This document shows, one piece after another, positions 47,844 through 60,539 of a DNA stretch of 64,000 nt. Below the pieces are notes generated by a model. That model was not told the origin of the DNA. It did not search any database and saw nothing but the letters and a program-made list of their open reading frames with translations. Every line of letters begins with the position of its first letter. Position 1 is the stretch's first letter. Position numbers and translations under genes: made by a program. This stretch comes from Octopus sinensis. Taxonomy: Eukaryota. The stretch lies in contig NC_042997.1 of NCBI RefSeq assembly GCF_006345805.1, positions 194,308,001 through 194,372,000 of the forward strand, given 5' to 3'.

Positions 47844-49914
47844 CTGGAAGATAATAATAATAACAATAATAATAATAACAATAATAACAATAACAATAAT
47901 AACAATAACAATAATAATAATAATAACAATAATAATAATAACAATCCTTTCTATTATAGGGCACAATGGCTTAAATTTGTGGGAGGAAGATAGTCAACTA
48001 TATCGACCCCAATACTCAACTGGTACTTAATTTACCAACCCTGAAAGGATGAAAGGTAAAGTCGACCTCAGTGGAATTTCAACTTAGAGCATAATGACAG
48101 ACGAAATATAGCTAAACACTTCATCCAGTATGCTAACAATTCTGCCATCTCACCACCTTAATAATAATAATAATGTTTGTTCCTTCTCGACCCATACCTG
48201 GCTCATAAGGGCTGGTTTCCCAGTTTCTTTGGCCTATAGGTTCCCTACCTAGATGAGATGCTGGTCCGTCGCAGGTGAGCTGCAAGATGCAGGAGGAAAG
48301 AGCGAGAGAAAGTTGTGGCGAAAGAGTCAGCAGAAGTTCGCTATTACCTTCTGCTGGAGCTGCATGGAGCTTAAGTGTTTCACTCATAACCATACACATC
48401 ACCTGGTCTGAGATTTGAACACGTGATCGCTTAACCGCAAGTCCGCTGCTCTAACCACTAGGCCATGTGTCTCCACCAATAATAATAATAATAAAATATT
48501 CCTTGGAACTGCTTGATAATTGATGATACCATCTCAGACTGCTGCTTGTAGAGAGCTAGCATCCATATTACATCACCAATAACAAATGGGATAATAATCT
48601 TGATTTTTGGCACAAGACCAGCACTTTTGAGAGCAGAGGAAAGCCAGTTCCATCAACCACAGTGTTCAATTGGTACATATTTTATTGATCCCGAAAAGAT
48701 AAAATGCAAAGACAATCTCAGAGGAAAGAAGAAAAACTCATAATAATATAATAATAATAATCCTTTCTACTAAAGACACAAGGCCTGAAATTTTGTGGTG
48801 AAGGGCTAAGTCGATTATATCAACTCTAGTGTTTCACTGGTACTTAATTTATTGACCCCAAAAGGAAGAAAGACAAAGTTGACAGCAGAATTTGAACTCA
48901 GAATGTCAAGACAGACTCAATGCCACCTAGCATTTTTCTCAGCATGCCAACAATATAATAATAACTAATTTTGGTACAACACTTTAATAATTCCATTTCT
49001 TTGCTAATAAGGTCCATTCGTGCATACAAAACGTTAACAAAAGGGTTTAGTAGACTATTAATATTGATAATAATAATAAAAACATATATTTATTGATGTC
49101 AGATGGTAACAGATGGTAACATACAATGACAAACGAAGTTCGCCCATGAAATAAATATGTTTAAAAGTAATCAAAAGATGACAGACACATCGTTATATTT
49201 CATAATTACAGTCTTCTTTGAATGGTTTGTATGTACGCACATAGATGCGAGACTGAATGAATAAGCATTCAACTGGTGTGTGTGATTGTGTATCAGAAGC
49301 TGGTATATATACGTATATGGGCTGCTGTGTATACTTATGTATGTGTCATATATGTGTGTGTGTGAGTGAGTATGTACGCACATGATTATGTATCGGAGCA
49401 AGTATATATATGTGTATATGTACATTTGCATATGCCTATATAGGTACAGTGCGACATAATTTCCTTTCCTCAACAAGCCCTGCCCTGTTGAGGAAAAGGA
49501 TCCCATCACCTTTAAACGGAGTCTGGACAGATTTCTTCAAGGAATATCGGATAAGCCACCCATACCTGGATACAACTCACTCAACAAAAACTCACTACTT
49601 GAATGGGCCATAAACAAAACTTGACTTAAACAGGATTTAGATAATCCTATCAGGTGGTGCAATTAAGTTAGACATGGCCTGGATCAATCTTTGGTCGAAA
49701 CATATCTAAGTTTATCTAAGTGTATATACAGATCTGATTTTAAGTGTATGTAGATATATGAGCTATTGGTGACATGTGTGCGAGTGTGTAAGCCTACACA
49801 GGTATGTTTGTCGATGTGTGTTCTACTGTATGTAAGCACCTGTACGTAAAAGGAGATTCTGAAGTTGTATGTAAGAGCATATAAGTGTAGTTAGGTGTAT
49901 TTTCTCCTCACCTA

Positions 49915-49943
49915 CACACACACACACACACGTACATATTCTG

Positions 49944-49976
<33 letters not shown>

Positions 49977-50510
49977 TTCACACACACACACACACATGTA
50001 TTCAGACACACACACACACACACACACATACATATTCAGACACACACACACATACATACATATTCAGACACACACACATGCACGTGTACTTATTCAGACA
50101 CACACACAGATAGACACAAACACACACAGACATACAGACACACACACACACACATACAGACACACACACATACAGACACAAACACAGACACACACACACA
50201 CACAGACACAAACACAGACATAGACGCACACAGACATAGACACAGACACACACAGACACAGACATAGACACAGACACACACAGACACAGACATACACACA
50301 CACACACACAGACATACACACACATACACACACACACACACACACATACAGACACACAGACATACACACACATATACACAGACACACACACATACAGACA
50401 GACACACACACACACACACACACATACAGACAGACACACACACACATATACAGACACACACATACAGACAGACACACACACACACACACACACATACAGA
50501 CAGACACACT
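49915..50510. repeat. CA/CAGA/CATA compound microsatellite
   Basis: Direct inspection. Confidence 0.95.
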
Positions 50511-51589
50511 TCTCTGACATCTTTCCAAAAAAAATATGGAACTAATATTGGAATCAATTACCAATTTACTTTAAAAAAAAAAATGAAAAAAAAATGAAAC
50601 TTTAGCTGTCTAATTAGTATAGCATATTACGAATAAATTACACATTACATGAATGGGGTGGGGCAAGATGGTTCTTGTAGGTTGTTGGAGAGTCGCAGAA
50701 AAATACAGATTTTGTATGAAGAACGAGTGAAGGGGGGGTGGATAAGTTGGGTTACTTCACAACGCCCAAATAATGAAAGGGAAACGAAGTTGGAATTTAT
50801 ACCCAGAATTTTTTACAAGACTAACTGCAGCAAAGTATTTAGCTTGCTAATTATTGTTTCATAACAACAACAACAACAACCACCAGCAATAATTTTGTAT
50901 TGAAAGAAGGCTACAAATTAATACACAAGATTGAATTTAATCATTCACACATGTCTTGATGCTTATTTTAACGTCCTAAATACAGGGTAAGGTGAAGTCG
51001 GTACAAGCAGGATTTGAACACAGAGCATAAAAGGACAAGAGGCATAGAATTGATACAGGGTGGGAATAGTTTGGTTGGGTGGTTAAGACGTTTGCTTCTC
51101 AACCACATGGTTCTTAGTTCAATCCCATTGCATGGCACTTTGGGCAAATGTCATCTGTTATACACCTTTTTCTTTACTACCCACAAGGGGCTAAACACAG
51201 AGGAGACAAACAAGGACAGACAGACGGATTAAGTCGATTATATCGACCCCAGTGCGTAACTGGTACTTAATTTATCGACTCCGAAAGGATGAAAGGCAAA
51301 GTCGAACCAATGCTTTGCAAGTGAATTTGGTAGCTGAAAACTATATGGAAGCCCATCACATGTGTAAATATTTGTGTGTGTGTGTGTGTGTGTGTTTGTC
51401 CCTCAACTACCATTGCTTGAAGATGGTGTTGGTTTGTTTACATCCTTGTAGAATAAGTGTCCAAATTAGAAAAGAACTGGGATTGATTTGTTCAACTAAA
51501 ATCTTTCAAGATGGTGCCCTAGCGTAGCCACAGCTCAATGACTGAAACAAGTAAAAAAAAAAAAAATGAAAGAGGGTTTCATAGGCTAA

Positions 51590-51873
51590 TGCTTCTGATT
51601 CTGTCTGTCTGGCTGGCGGGGTGGCTCCAGCTGGTATCCGAGGATTGGGTCTGTTAGTTTCTATCCAGTCTCCTTGGCTGATGTTTGTGCCAAATGTGAC
51701 TTTAGAGTCCAAGTTAGTGGTGGAAGAGTCATGGGCAGAATTCACACAGGATGGTCGGTGTCCCAATCCAGTTCTCCACATCCTTTTCACAAGTCGGGGG
51801 GGGGTCTTTGAAAAGATACTCCCAAGGTACGAGAAATGTTCAGCTTCCTCTAGGATTTGGCCATTGATGTTAA
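51590..51873 (-). mobile_element. internally deleted RTE-like LINE fragment
   Basis: ININGQILEEAEHFSYLGSIFS (post-RT motif) joined to a decayed C2H2 finger LCEFCP*LFHH*LGL*SHIWHKH typical of RTE ORF ends. Confidence 0.72.
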
Positions 51874-52090
51874 TATATATAAGGGAAAATAAGACAAGGT
51901 AGAAAATGCTAAAAGAATCTTATCATGAAGAACATTTCAGCAGTGGTTTCGGTCTTTTTGACTTTTTCAACTTAGAATAAAGCATTCTAAGTTGAAAAAG
52001 TCAAAAAGACTGAAACCGGTGCTAAAATGTTCTTCGTAATAAAATTCTTTTAGCATTTTCTACCTTGTTTTATTTTTCTTATACATATCA
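51872..52090. repeat. hairpin-type inverted repeat, arms about 105 bp, 5-nt loop at 51979-51983
   Basis: ...gactttttcaacttagaat AAAGC attctaagttgaaaaagtc... and mirrored flanks. Confidence 0.88.
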
Positions 52091-52124
52091 ACTTGTGTGT
52101 TACTTTTGAACCTCCTACATACAT

Positions 52125-52129
<5 letters not shown>

Positions 52130-52159
<30 letters not shown>

Positions 52160-52489
52160 ACATGTATATATATATATATGTGTGTGTGTGTATATGTGTG
52201 TGTAAATGTGCTTGCATATGTATATATGTGTGTATGTATATATGTGTGTATGTATATATGTGTGTATATATATGTGTGTGTGTGTGTGCATGCGTATATA
52301 TGTATGTGTGTGTATATATGTGTGTGTATATATGTGAGTGTGTGTATATGTGAGTGTGTGTATATGTGAGTGTGTGTATTGTGAGTGTGTGTATATGTGT
52401 GTGTGTATATGTGAGTGTGTGTATATGTGAGTGTGTGTATATGTGAGTGTGTGTATATGTGTGTGTGTGTATATGTGTGTGTGTGTATA

Positions 52490-52520
<31 letters not shown>

Positions 52521-52919
52521 ATGTGTGTGTGTGTATATGTGTGTGTGTATATGTGTGTGTGTATATGTGTGTGTATATGTGTGTGTGTGTATGTGTGTGT
52601 GTATATGTGTGTGTGTATATGTGTGTGTGTATATGTGTGTGTGTATATGTGTGTGTGTATATGTGTGTGTATATGTGTGTGTGTATATGTGTGTGTGTAT
52701 GTGTGTGTATATATGTGTGTATATGTGTGTGTATATGTGTGTGTATATGTGTGTGTGTATATGCGTGTGTATATATGTGTGTGTATATATGTGTGTGTGT
52801 ATATATGTGTGTGTGTATATATGTGTGTGTGTGTATATGTGTGTGTGTGTATATATGTGTGTGTGTGTATATATGTGTGTGTGTGTATATATGTGTGTGT
52901 ATATATGTGTGTGTATATA

Positions 52920-52962
<43 letters not shown>

Positions 52963-53020
52963 ATATATATATGTGTGTGTGTGTATATATATATGTGTGT
53001 GTGTATATATGTGTGTGTAA
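52130..53020. repeat. GT/GTAT compound microsatellite
   Basis: Direct inspection; source of the spurious HT/YT/CV ORFs. Confidence 0.97.
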
Positions 53021-53547
53021 AAGTCAATCTTGGTGGAATTTGAGCTCAGAACATGGAAGACAGGAAATGCCACTAAACATGTTGTCTGGCATGCTAATGG
53101 CTAATGGCTCTGCCAGCTTGGCCAATAATAACAACTGTTCCAGAGTTAGACAGAAGAAAAGCAGTTTTGAGAAAGGGATTAGTTGACGCCATCACGCTCG
53201 GATGGTGCTCTTAGCACTCCGCTGGCACAGGTGCCAGTCATCGAATTTGCAAATTTGATTTGGTTTCGATTTAACTTGCCTCAACAGGTCTTCGCAAGCA
53301 GAGTTTAGTGTCCAGTGAAGGAAAGGTACGCATATATGGCATAGGCCACGGGTTATGGTCTCACTTGGCTTGCCGCATCTTTTCATGCACTGCATATTTC
53401 CAAAGGTCTCGGCCACTAGTCACTGCCTAGGTGAGGCCTATGAGAGGTAATGGTGTCAATAAGACCCAAAGGTGTCAGGTAATGATGAGTAAGTGCTATG
53501 GACAGAATATGGTTAAGCTCCAGATTCGGTGATTATGCGAATGAGGA

Positions 53548-53595
53548 GTCTCCGATGAAGGGATATATAAAATATCCCGGAAACAGCTGTAAGAC
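53548..53595 (+). ncRNA. hammerhead-like motif (HH-4), U4 to C
   Basis: GTCT-CCGATGA-A-GGGATAT(ATAAA)ATATCCC-G-GAAAC-AGCT-GTA/AGAC. Confidence 0.55.
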
Positions 53596-53680
53596 CTTCT
53601 TATAAATGTTTTAAAATCTTTCACAGCCTTGGATTTTTATCTCATTCTGAAAATTTTTATATATATATATATATATATAT

Positions 53681-53718
<38 letters not shown>

Positions 53719-56700
53719 ATATATCCATCATCATTTAGCGTCCGCTTTCCATGCTAGCATGGGATGGACGGTTCAACTGGGTCTGTGAAGCCAGAAGGCT
53801 GTCATCAGGCCCAGTCTGATCTGGCAGTGTTTCTACGGCTGGAAGCCCTTCCTAACGCCAACCACCACTCCGTGAGTGTAGTGGGTGCTTTTACGTGCCA
53901 CCGCACAGGTGCCAGACGGAGCTGGCAAATGGCCACGAACGGATGGTGCTTTTACGTGCCACACGGCACGGGAGCAGGCGAGGCTGGCAACGGACACAAA
54001 CGATGGTGCTTTTACGTGCCACCGGCACGTATATATATGTGTGTTGTGTGTGTTATATATATGGAAAGATTAAAGTAGACCTCAGTGTGAATTTGAAACT
54101 CAGAAACATATAGACATGACAAAATGCTTAATGGCATTTTGACTTCACAAGCTAAATGTTATTCAGCTCTCCCACTCCGCTATAATAATAATAATAATCA
54201 TCATCATCATTTAATGTCTGCTTCCATGCTGGCATGGGTTGGATGGTTTGACTGAGGACTGGCAAGCCAGAAGGCTGCACCAGGCTCCAAACTAATCTGG
54301 CAAGGTTTCTACAGCTTGGATGCCCTTCCTAATGCCAACCACTCCAAGAGTGTAGCGGATGATTTTTACGTGCTATAGGCATGGGGGCCAGTCAGGCGGC
54401 ACTGGCATCAACCACACTTGAATGGTGCTTTTTATGTGCCACCAGCATGGGAGCCAGTCAGACATCACTGGCATCAAATAATAAAGATTTCAAATTTTGG
54501 CACAAGGCCAACAACTTCAGGAGAAGGGGCACATCGATTACATCGACCCCAATATTCAACTGGTACTTATTTTATCAACCCTGAAAGGATGAAAGGCAAA
54601 GTGGATCTTGGCAGAATTTGAACTCAGAATGTAAAGATGAACAAAATACCACAAAGCATTTTACCCAACGTGCCAACAATTCTACCAGCTCACGCCTTAA
54701 CCCATTAGTGCCCAAATCTTTTTATTTAATTTATTACCAAAAATCTTTTCTTATACAACTTTATCCGATACTAAATATATAAAAAAATTCTATTACAATA
54801 TTTGAAAGACACTCCAATCTTGATGACTGACTAAAAATATCTCAGAAAAATACAGGTGTTGCAGAAATATGATGGATTATCATTCTGGTCCTAAAAAAAG
54901 GACCATGGGTGTTAATGGATTAATAATAATAATAATAATAACAATAATAATAATAATGGTTTCAAATTTTGGCACAAGGCTAAGAATTTTGGGGAAGGTG
55001 CTAGTTGATTACAGTAACCCCAGTGTTCAACTGGTACTTAATTTATCAACCCCTGAAAAGATGAAAGGCAAAGTCGACCTCGGTGAAATTTAAACCCAGA
55101 AAGGGCAAACAGACGAAATATTGCTGAGCATTTAGCCCGGCATGCTAACGAGTCTGCCAGCTCACCACCTTAATAATAATAATTTAGACAAGTCCAGCAG
55201 TGGTTAGCCAATATCATCAATACTTGTATGGGATTTTAATTTATTGATCCCCATAGGGATGAAATGACTTAGTTTTTCTTCCTTCCACGGTTCTAATTCA
55301 GACTCAAGACCAGCAATTTAGAAAGAAAAGAGTTAATAAATTACACTGTGCAGTAATTGATTGGTATTTAATATTTAATATTTGATTGGTATTTAATTTT
55401 CTCAGCTCCAGAGTGATGAAAAGCAGAGATGACGTCAATGGAGTTCAAACTGGTGGCAAGGACCCAAGATGTTGGGGGGAACAAAACAGGGGGGGGGGCG
55501 CAAAACACAAAACAAAAACCACAAGCAAACAAGAAATGGTTTGATGAAGTTAACAAGAATAATAAGGACTCGTCAATTAACAGATAATGAATAGAACAGT
55601 CGAGAACAAAAATAACAAGAAAGGGATCCTCAAAATGGGAATAATCACATAATGATACAAAGGGGTCCACTACACAACCTTGGTTTTACCCAGACTCACT
55701 GAAGGTAAAATACATTCTAGGTCTAACCTCCAATCTACGACTGTTTAATTAAAGTGGATAAATTAGTCACTTCGGTTTCGCCACTCGGTGATAAAAATAT
55801 GCAGGGAAAGGGGTCGAGTCAACCCTATTAAGAATAATGGTTGCAAATTTTGACACAAGGTAAGTAATTCCGAGGGAGGGGTTAAGTTGATTATATCGAC
55901 CCCAGTGCTCAGGTAGTATTTATTTTATCGACTCCGAAAGAATGAAAGGCAAAATCGAACTCGGAGGAATCTGAACTCAACGATTCTGGATTCTGCTAGG
56001 CTCCCCACCTTTAGCAATCCTAATATATTACTGGTACTTATTTGTTGTCAGCATTTGCGTTACCCAACATGGTCTTTTTTAAAAAAAAAAAAAAGAAAGA
56101 AATTTGGGGAGGGAATAAGAAATGAGGGGAAAATAGGCTGCTGTTTCTAGCAAGTCAGACGACTCTATAGAAGTGATCTCGATCCTTTCACTGGTTACTT
56201 TATTTTACTAAACCCATCGTGATTTAATAATAATAGTTTCTGTATTTGGTGCGGAAGCAACAAGAATGGTACCTAAACTGGCGAGTACAGACAACGTCTT
56301 GAGAAAATTTCGAAATATATCCGATATAATTCCACTCGGTTATAGCAGTACAAATAACAAATATACATATTCACTTCAGGGTATTATTAAGGTCCGACAG
56401 CGAGGAGAGAGATGTATGTGCGGGGGTGGTGTATAAACCCCTGTGGACTTATAATAATATACATTGTTTAACCCAACCATCGGACAAGCATTACCAAAAA
56501 GGTTAATGTCGAGTAATAAAGTAAATAAAAACCAAAAAATCTTTTTCGGAATACGACTAATGTTTGTTGTATGTTTACCTTATATTTTACCGTAATATTC
56601 CAGTTTTAAATAGGGTTTTTTTTTTAAACTTATACTATTTGTTTTTAATTTACGAACACTGGAAAAAAATCATTTCAAGGGCAGGTGTTTGATTGAAATT

Positions 56701-57689
56701 AAAAAAAAAAAAAAATAAACACTATAGTTGTAAATTGAAAGACGGAAATTTTTAAATAGTTGTTATCATTCCAGAAATAAAACAAACTTTGTATAGAGTA
56801 ATATATATGTGTTTTTACGAATCTACAAAAACTAAAGGGCGGGAAGGGTATAATGAAGATGTAAAAAAAAAAGTGGGGGCTGTTAAGAATGTTGTAGTGT
56901 TATTATTGTCAAAAGAATAGGGGACATCTGAACTAGATTCCTAAGTTTTTCCTGCCTCACTTTTTCGAATTTAAATCCCGCCGGCGTCGAATTTTACCCT
57001 TTACCAGATTCACTGTATCCAAACAATAAGTGACATTAATTATTTATATAACACAAAACGAAAGATCGCCCCAAAAAATTGTTTAAATAGGGAGCTTGAA
57101 TTTAGATAAAAGAAATCGATGTTCATAAAGCAATAATGCTAGAGAAAAAGGGTCTTCCGTAGCGAAGTCGAGTGCTGCGAACCGGTTTCAAATCTCGAGT
57201 AGAGCTATTTCGGTCTTAGCGCAGTTTTTTTTTCTCCCCTAAAGGTATGCCATGAATATATCCCATTATTATATTATCCTTGCTCAACAAAATAGACGAT
57301 TTATATATGGTGAAAATAAAGCATCTTATTTTAATTAAAACACAGATAACATTCCAGTTGTTGTTGGTATTTAACCCTAGGAGAGACCCGATAAAGTGTT
57401 CCAACCTGACTATTCCAGCCTTTTTTTTTTTTTTTTTAAGCAGTTGGGTGTGAGGTGATGGAAGTGAGGTGATGGCAGTTGTTTCTAGCAGTTCGAGCGA
57501 CTACGTAGAAGCTCCTTTGGTAATTTCAGCCAGCAAGACGGTTTCGATACACGGTTCCAGCTAATTCGTTTCACTTACGCCGCTAATGTCTTTAAAATAA
57601 TACCCGAACATCATGCAATCTCGTATTTCTTTTACTATAAATTCGAGACCTTTGTAACTGCGTAAGAAATTATAATTTCATTTACTTAC

Positions 57690-57737
57690 CAAGATTTTCG
57701 GTTCCATTGGAAGTTTGAGGTTGAGCGAGAACTTCGG
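57690..57737 (-). CDS. B3GLCT: B3GLCT coding exon 2 ((A)EVLAQPQTSNGTENL)
   Basis: CTAAT branch point, long pyrimidine tract and CAG acceptor; donor G|GTAAGT; 48 nt, phase 1/1; contains an NGT sequon; splices in frame to ALKDIVFVIL. Confidence 0.75.
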
Positions 57738-57867
57738 CTGAGAGAGGAAGACAAACGAAGAATTAGACAGAAGAAAACAGCGAAGAAAAAAAAATCATCA
57801 AGAGAAATCCAAACGGATTGAATATTAATTCATTGAAGTAGCAGTTTATATTCCAAGACAGCATTAC

Positions 57868-57934
57868 CTTGCCATAACGATGATAATAGTATTAGAAGAG
57901 AGGTTAGGACGGACATGAGTTGGAGCAGAATCAT
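57868..57934 (-). CDS. B3GLCT: B3GLCT coding exon 1 (signal peptide MILLQLMSVLTSLLILLSSLWQ)
   Basis: ATG at 57934 (second in-frame ATG at 57916), hydrophobic signal-like peptide, donor G|GTAATG, phase 1; joins exon 2 in frame across a 130-nt intron. Confidence 0.75.
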
Positions 57935-58707
57935 GCTTGGTTTAGCAACACAAGTTGACAAGCTACGATTACTTCCTAACCAATCAAATTGTAGCTTATA
58001 TATAATAGTTTCACATTATTTGTAACGAAATCGACCATTTGTCTGTTGACATTTAAGTGTAAACTAATACAAACACACGTGTCAGAGTATTGTTTAAACA
58101 ATACAGAGGGAGTGTGAGGGGAGGGTCTCTCGAGACACAGGGCTTAAGTGTCTGGGCAATTAGCAATTGGTCGGCCCTAATGGAGAAAACTCATGTTCAA
58201 AGGAATTCCAGCTTTAATTCGACTTTTGCATAGACCTAGCATCTCTAGGATTACATTATCCATTTTATCCGTTTTTTTAAGACAGTAGGGCGTGACCTGA
58301 GAGCAATTTGGCTGCTATTTCTAGCAGGCCGAGATACCAGTTACAGATTTCCCTAACGGACTGTTAGTTTTAGAATACAAAACTGCGAAGTCTTTTAAAA
58401 TAGTAATCACACACACACACACACAGATATTACAGGTAACTAAGTGCGTAAGTAAAACTCTGATACTCTTTTACTTGTCTCAGTCATTTGACTGCAGCCA
58501 TGCTGGAGCACCGCCTTTAGTCAAGCAAATCAACCCCAGGACTTATTCTTTGTAAGCCTTATTCTATCGGTCTCTTTTGCCGAACCGCTAAGTTACGGAA
58601 ACCTAAACACACCAGCATCGGTTGTCAAGCGATGTTGGGGGAACAAAAACAGACACACAAACATATACACATACATACATATATGTGTGTGTGTGTGTGT
58701 GTGCGTG

Positions 58708-58748
<41 letters not shown>

Positions 58749-59837
58749 TTATTTATTTATTTATGCTTATATACGACGGGCTTCTTTTCAGTTTCCGCCT
58801 ACCAAATCCACTCACAAGGCTTTGGTCGGCCCGAGGCTATAATAGAAGACACTTGCCCAAGGTGCCACGCAGTGGGACTGAACCCGGAACCATGTGGTTG
58901 GTAAGCAAGCTACTTACCAAACAGAGAACACAGCTGAAAAAAATTAAAAAGAGAAAAACTAAAACAATTTACATTTAAACTTGAGGAAAGACTTGCATAT
59001 TTTTACTGTTCTGCTTACAGAATGTTAGCTTCTTGATTTCTTTTGCTGAAAACCCTACCTTAGCCTGATGATCATTTACTTCCAAACCAAGATGAAAAGT
59101 TAGGGGCGCTGGGAAATCTCTCTAATGGCTATTGGGACACTCCAGCACGCTTGCAGCGTTACCGCGGGTGATGGCGAGGCTGAGGGGCAGGAACAGCCAA
59201 GCGCCCTCATGAGCCTCACTAGTTACCTCTGCTAACGTATATTTCCGCACGCAATGTACATACTTTGACCCTTTAGCATTCAGATTACTGTCAAATGTAA
59301 TACTTATTCATTCACATTATTTTGAATTTATAATACCTTATTTTGTAGCTTTGAGGTTTGAATGATGTGTTTGTTTATTTTGAGAATGACATTGTAGAGT
59401 AGGTGTGAGAGGTCCGATCTGTCCAATTTGAATATAAAACAGGCAGAATATTTGGGCTTGATATGGTTGGTTTGAATACTAAAGGATTTAATCGGTCGAC
59501 GTAATTATACGCCGCCTGACTTAGAACCTGTCACCCTGAGTTAGTACCAATTTCTTTATTACCCACAAGGGGCTAAACATAAAGGGGACAAACAAGGACA
59601 GGCTTAGGTATTAAGTCGATTACATCGACCCCAGTGTGTAACTGGTACTTATTTAATCGACCCCGAAAGGATGAAAGGCAAAGTCGACCTCGGCGGAATT
59701 TGAACTCAGAACGTAGTGCTAGACGAAATACCGCTAAGCATTTCGCCCGGTGTGCTAACGTTTCTGCCAGCTCGCCGCCTTCACCTGAGTTAGTACCGGT
59801 TCACTTGTCAACTGATAGGCCGATTAGATGTTTAGTG

Positions 59838-60003
59838 CACTAGCGTAGCTAGAGTGTGTACCGCCCGGGGTGCCCCTTCTGTTTGCCGCTCCCCGGACCC
59901 CACGAAAAACACATTGCCTACAGCAATAGCCTACAACAGGATGAAAAGTGCCGCCCGGGGCGGACCGCCCCCTACCGCCCCACCTCACGCAGTTACGTTA
60001 ATG
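59838..60003. mobile_element. hAT-type MITE (CACTAGCGTAGCTAGAG family), copy 2
   Basis: Left TIR intact, right degenerate; flanks gtttagtg / gtttcatg (6/8). Confidence 0.75.
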
Positions 60004-60539
60004 GTTTCATGTAAATTGGCTGTGTGGTAAGTACCTTGTTTACCAAACCACATGGTTCCGGGTTCAGTTCCACTGCGTGGCACCTTGGGCAAGTGTCTTC
60101 TACTATAGCCTCAGGCCGACCAAAGCCTTGTGAGTGGATTTGGAGGACGGAAACTGAAAGAAGCCCGTCGTATATATATTTGTGTGTGTGTTTTTGTGTG
60201 TCTGTGTTTGTCCCCCCAACATCGCTTGACAACCGATGCTGATGTGTTTACGTACCCGTAACTTAGCAGTTCGGCAAAAGAGACCAATAGAATAAGTACT
60301 AGGCTTCCAAAGAATAAGTCCTGGTGTCGATTTGCTCGACTAAAGGCGGTGCTCCAGCATGGCCGCAGTCAAATGACTGAAACAAGTAAAAGAGTAACCC
60401 AATAGGCTGGTCCTGCCACTCTGGCTCCGTCAACTTCATTGTAGCGTCCTGTTCCGTCGAATTTATGGGCGTTGCGCCAAGCTACACCAAGCTCCACCAC
60501 TTCACCTGTTGATTCTTCCCGGTTCGGACAAGGACTCGG

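Noticed and set aside
55400-55600. Plus-strand open stretch after an AG (SRVMKSRDDVNG...)
   Set aside because: Short, low complexity, no donor or homology; lies antisense within B3GLCT intron 2.
57763-57765. Apparent premature TAA in a long hydrophobic frame (MLSW...FSSV*FFVCLPLSAEVLAQ), suggesting a null allele or stop-codon editing
   Set aside because: The TAA is part of the CTAAT branch point of a 130-nt intron with a strong pyrimidine tract and CAG; exon 1 plus exon 2 gives an open frame and a better signal peptide.
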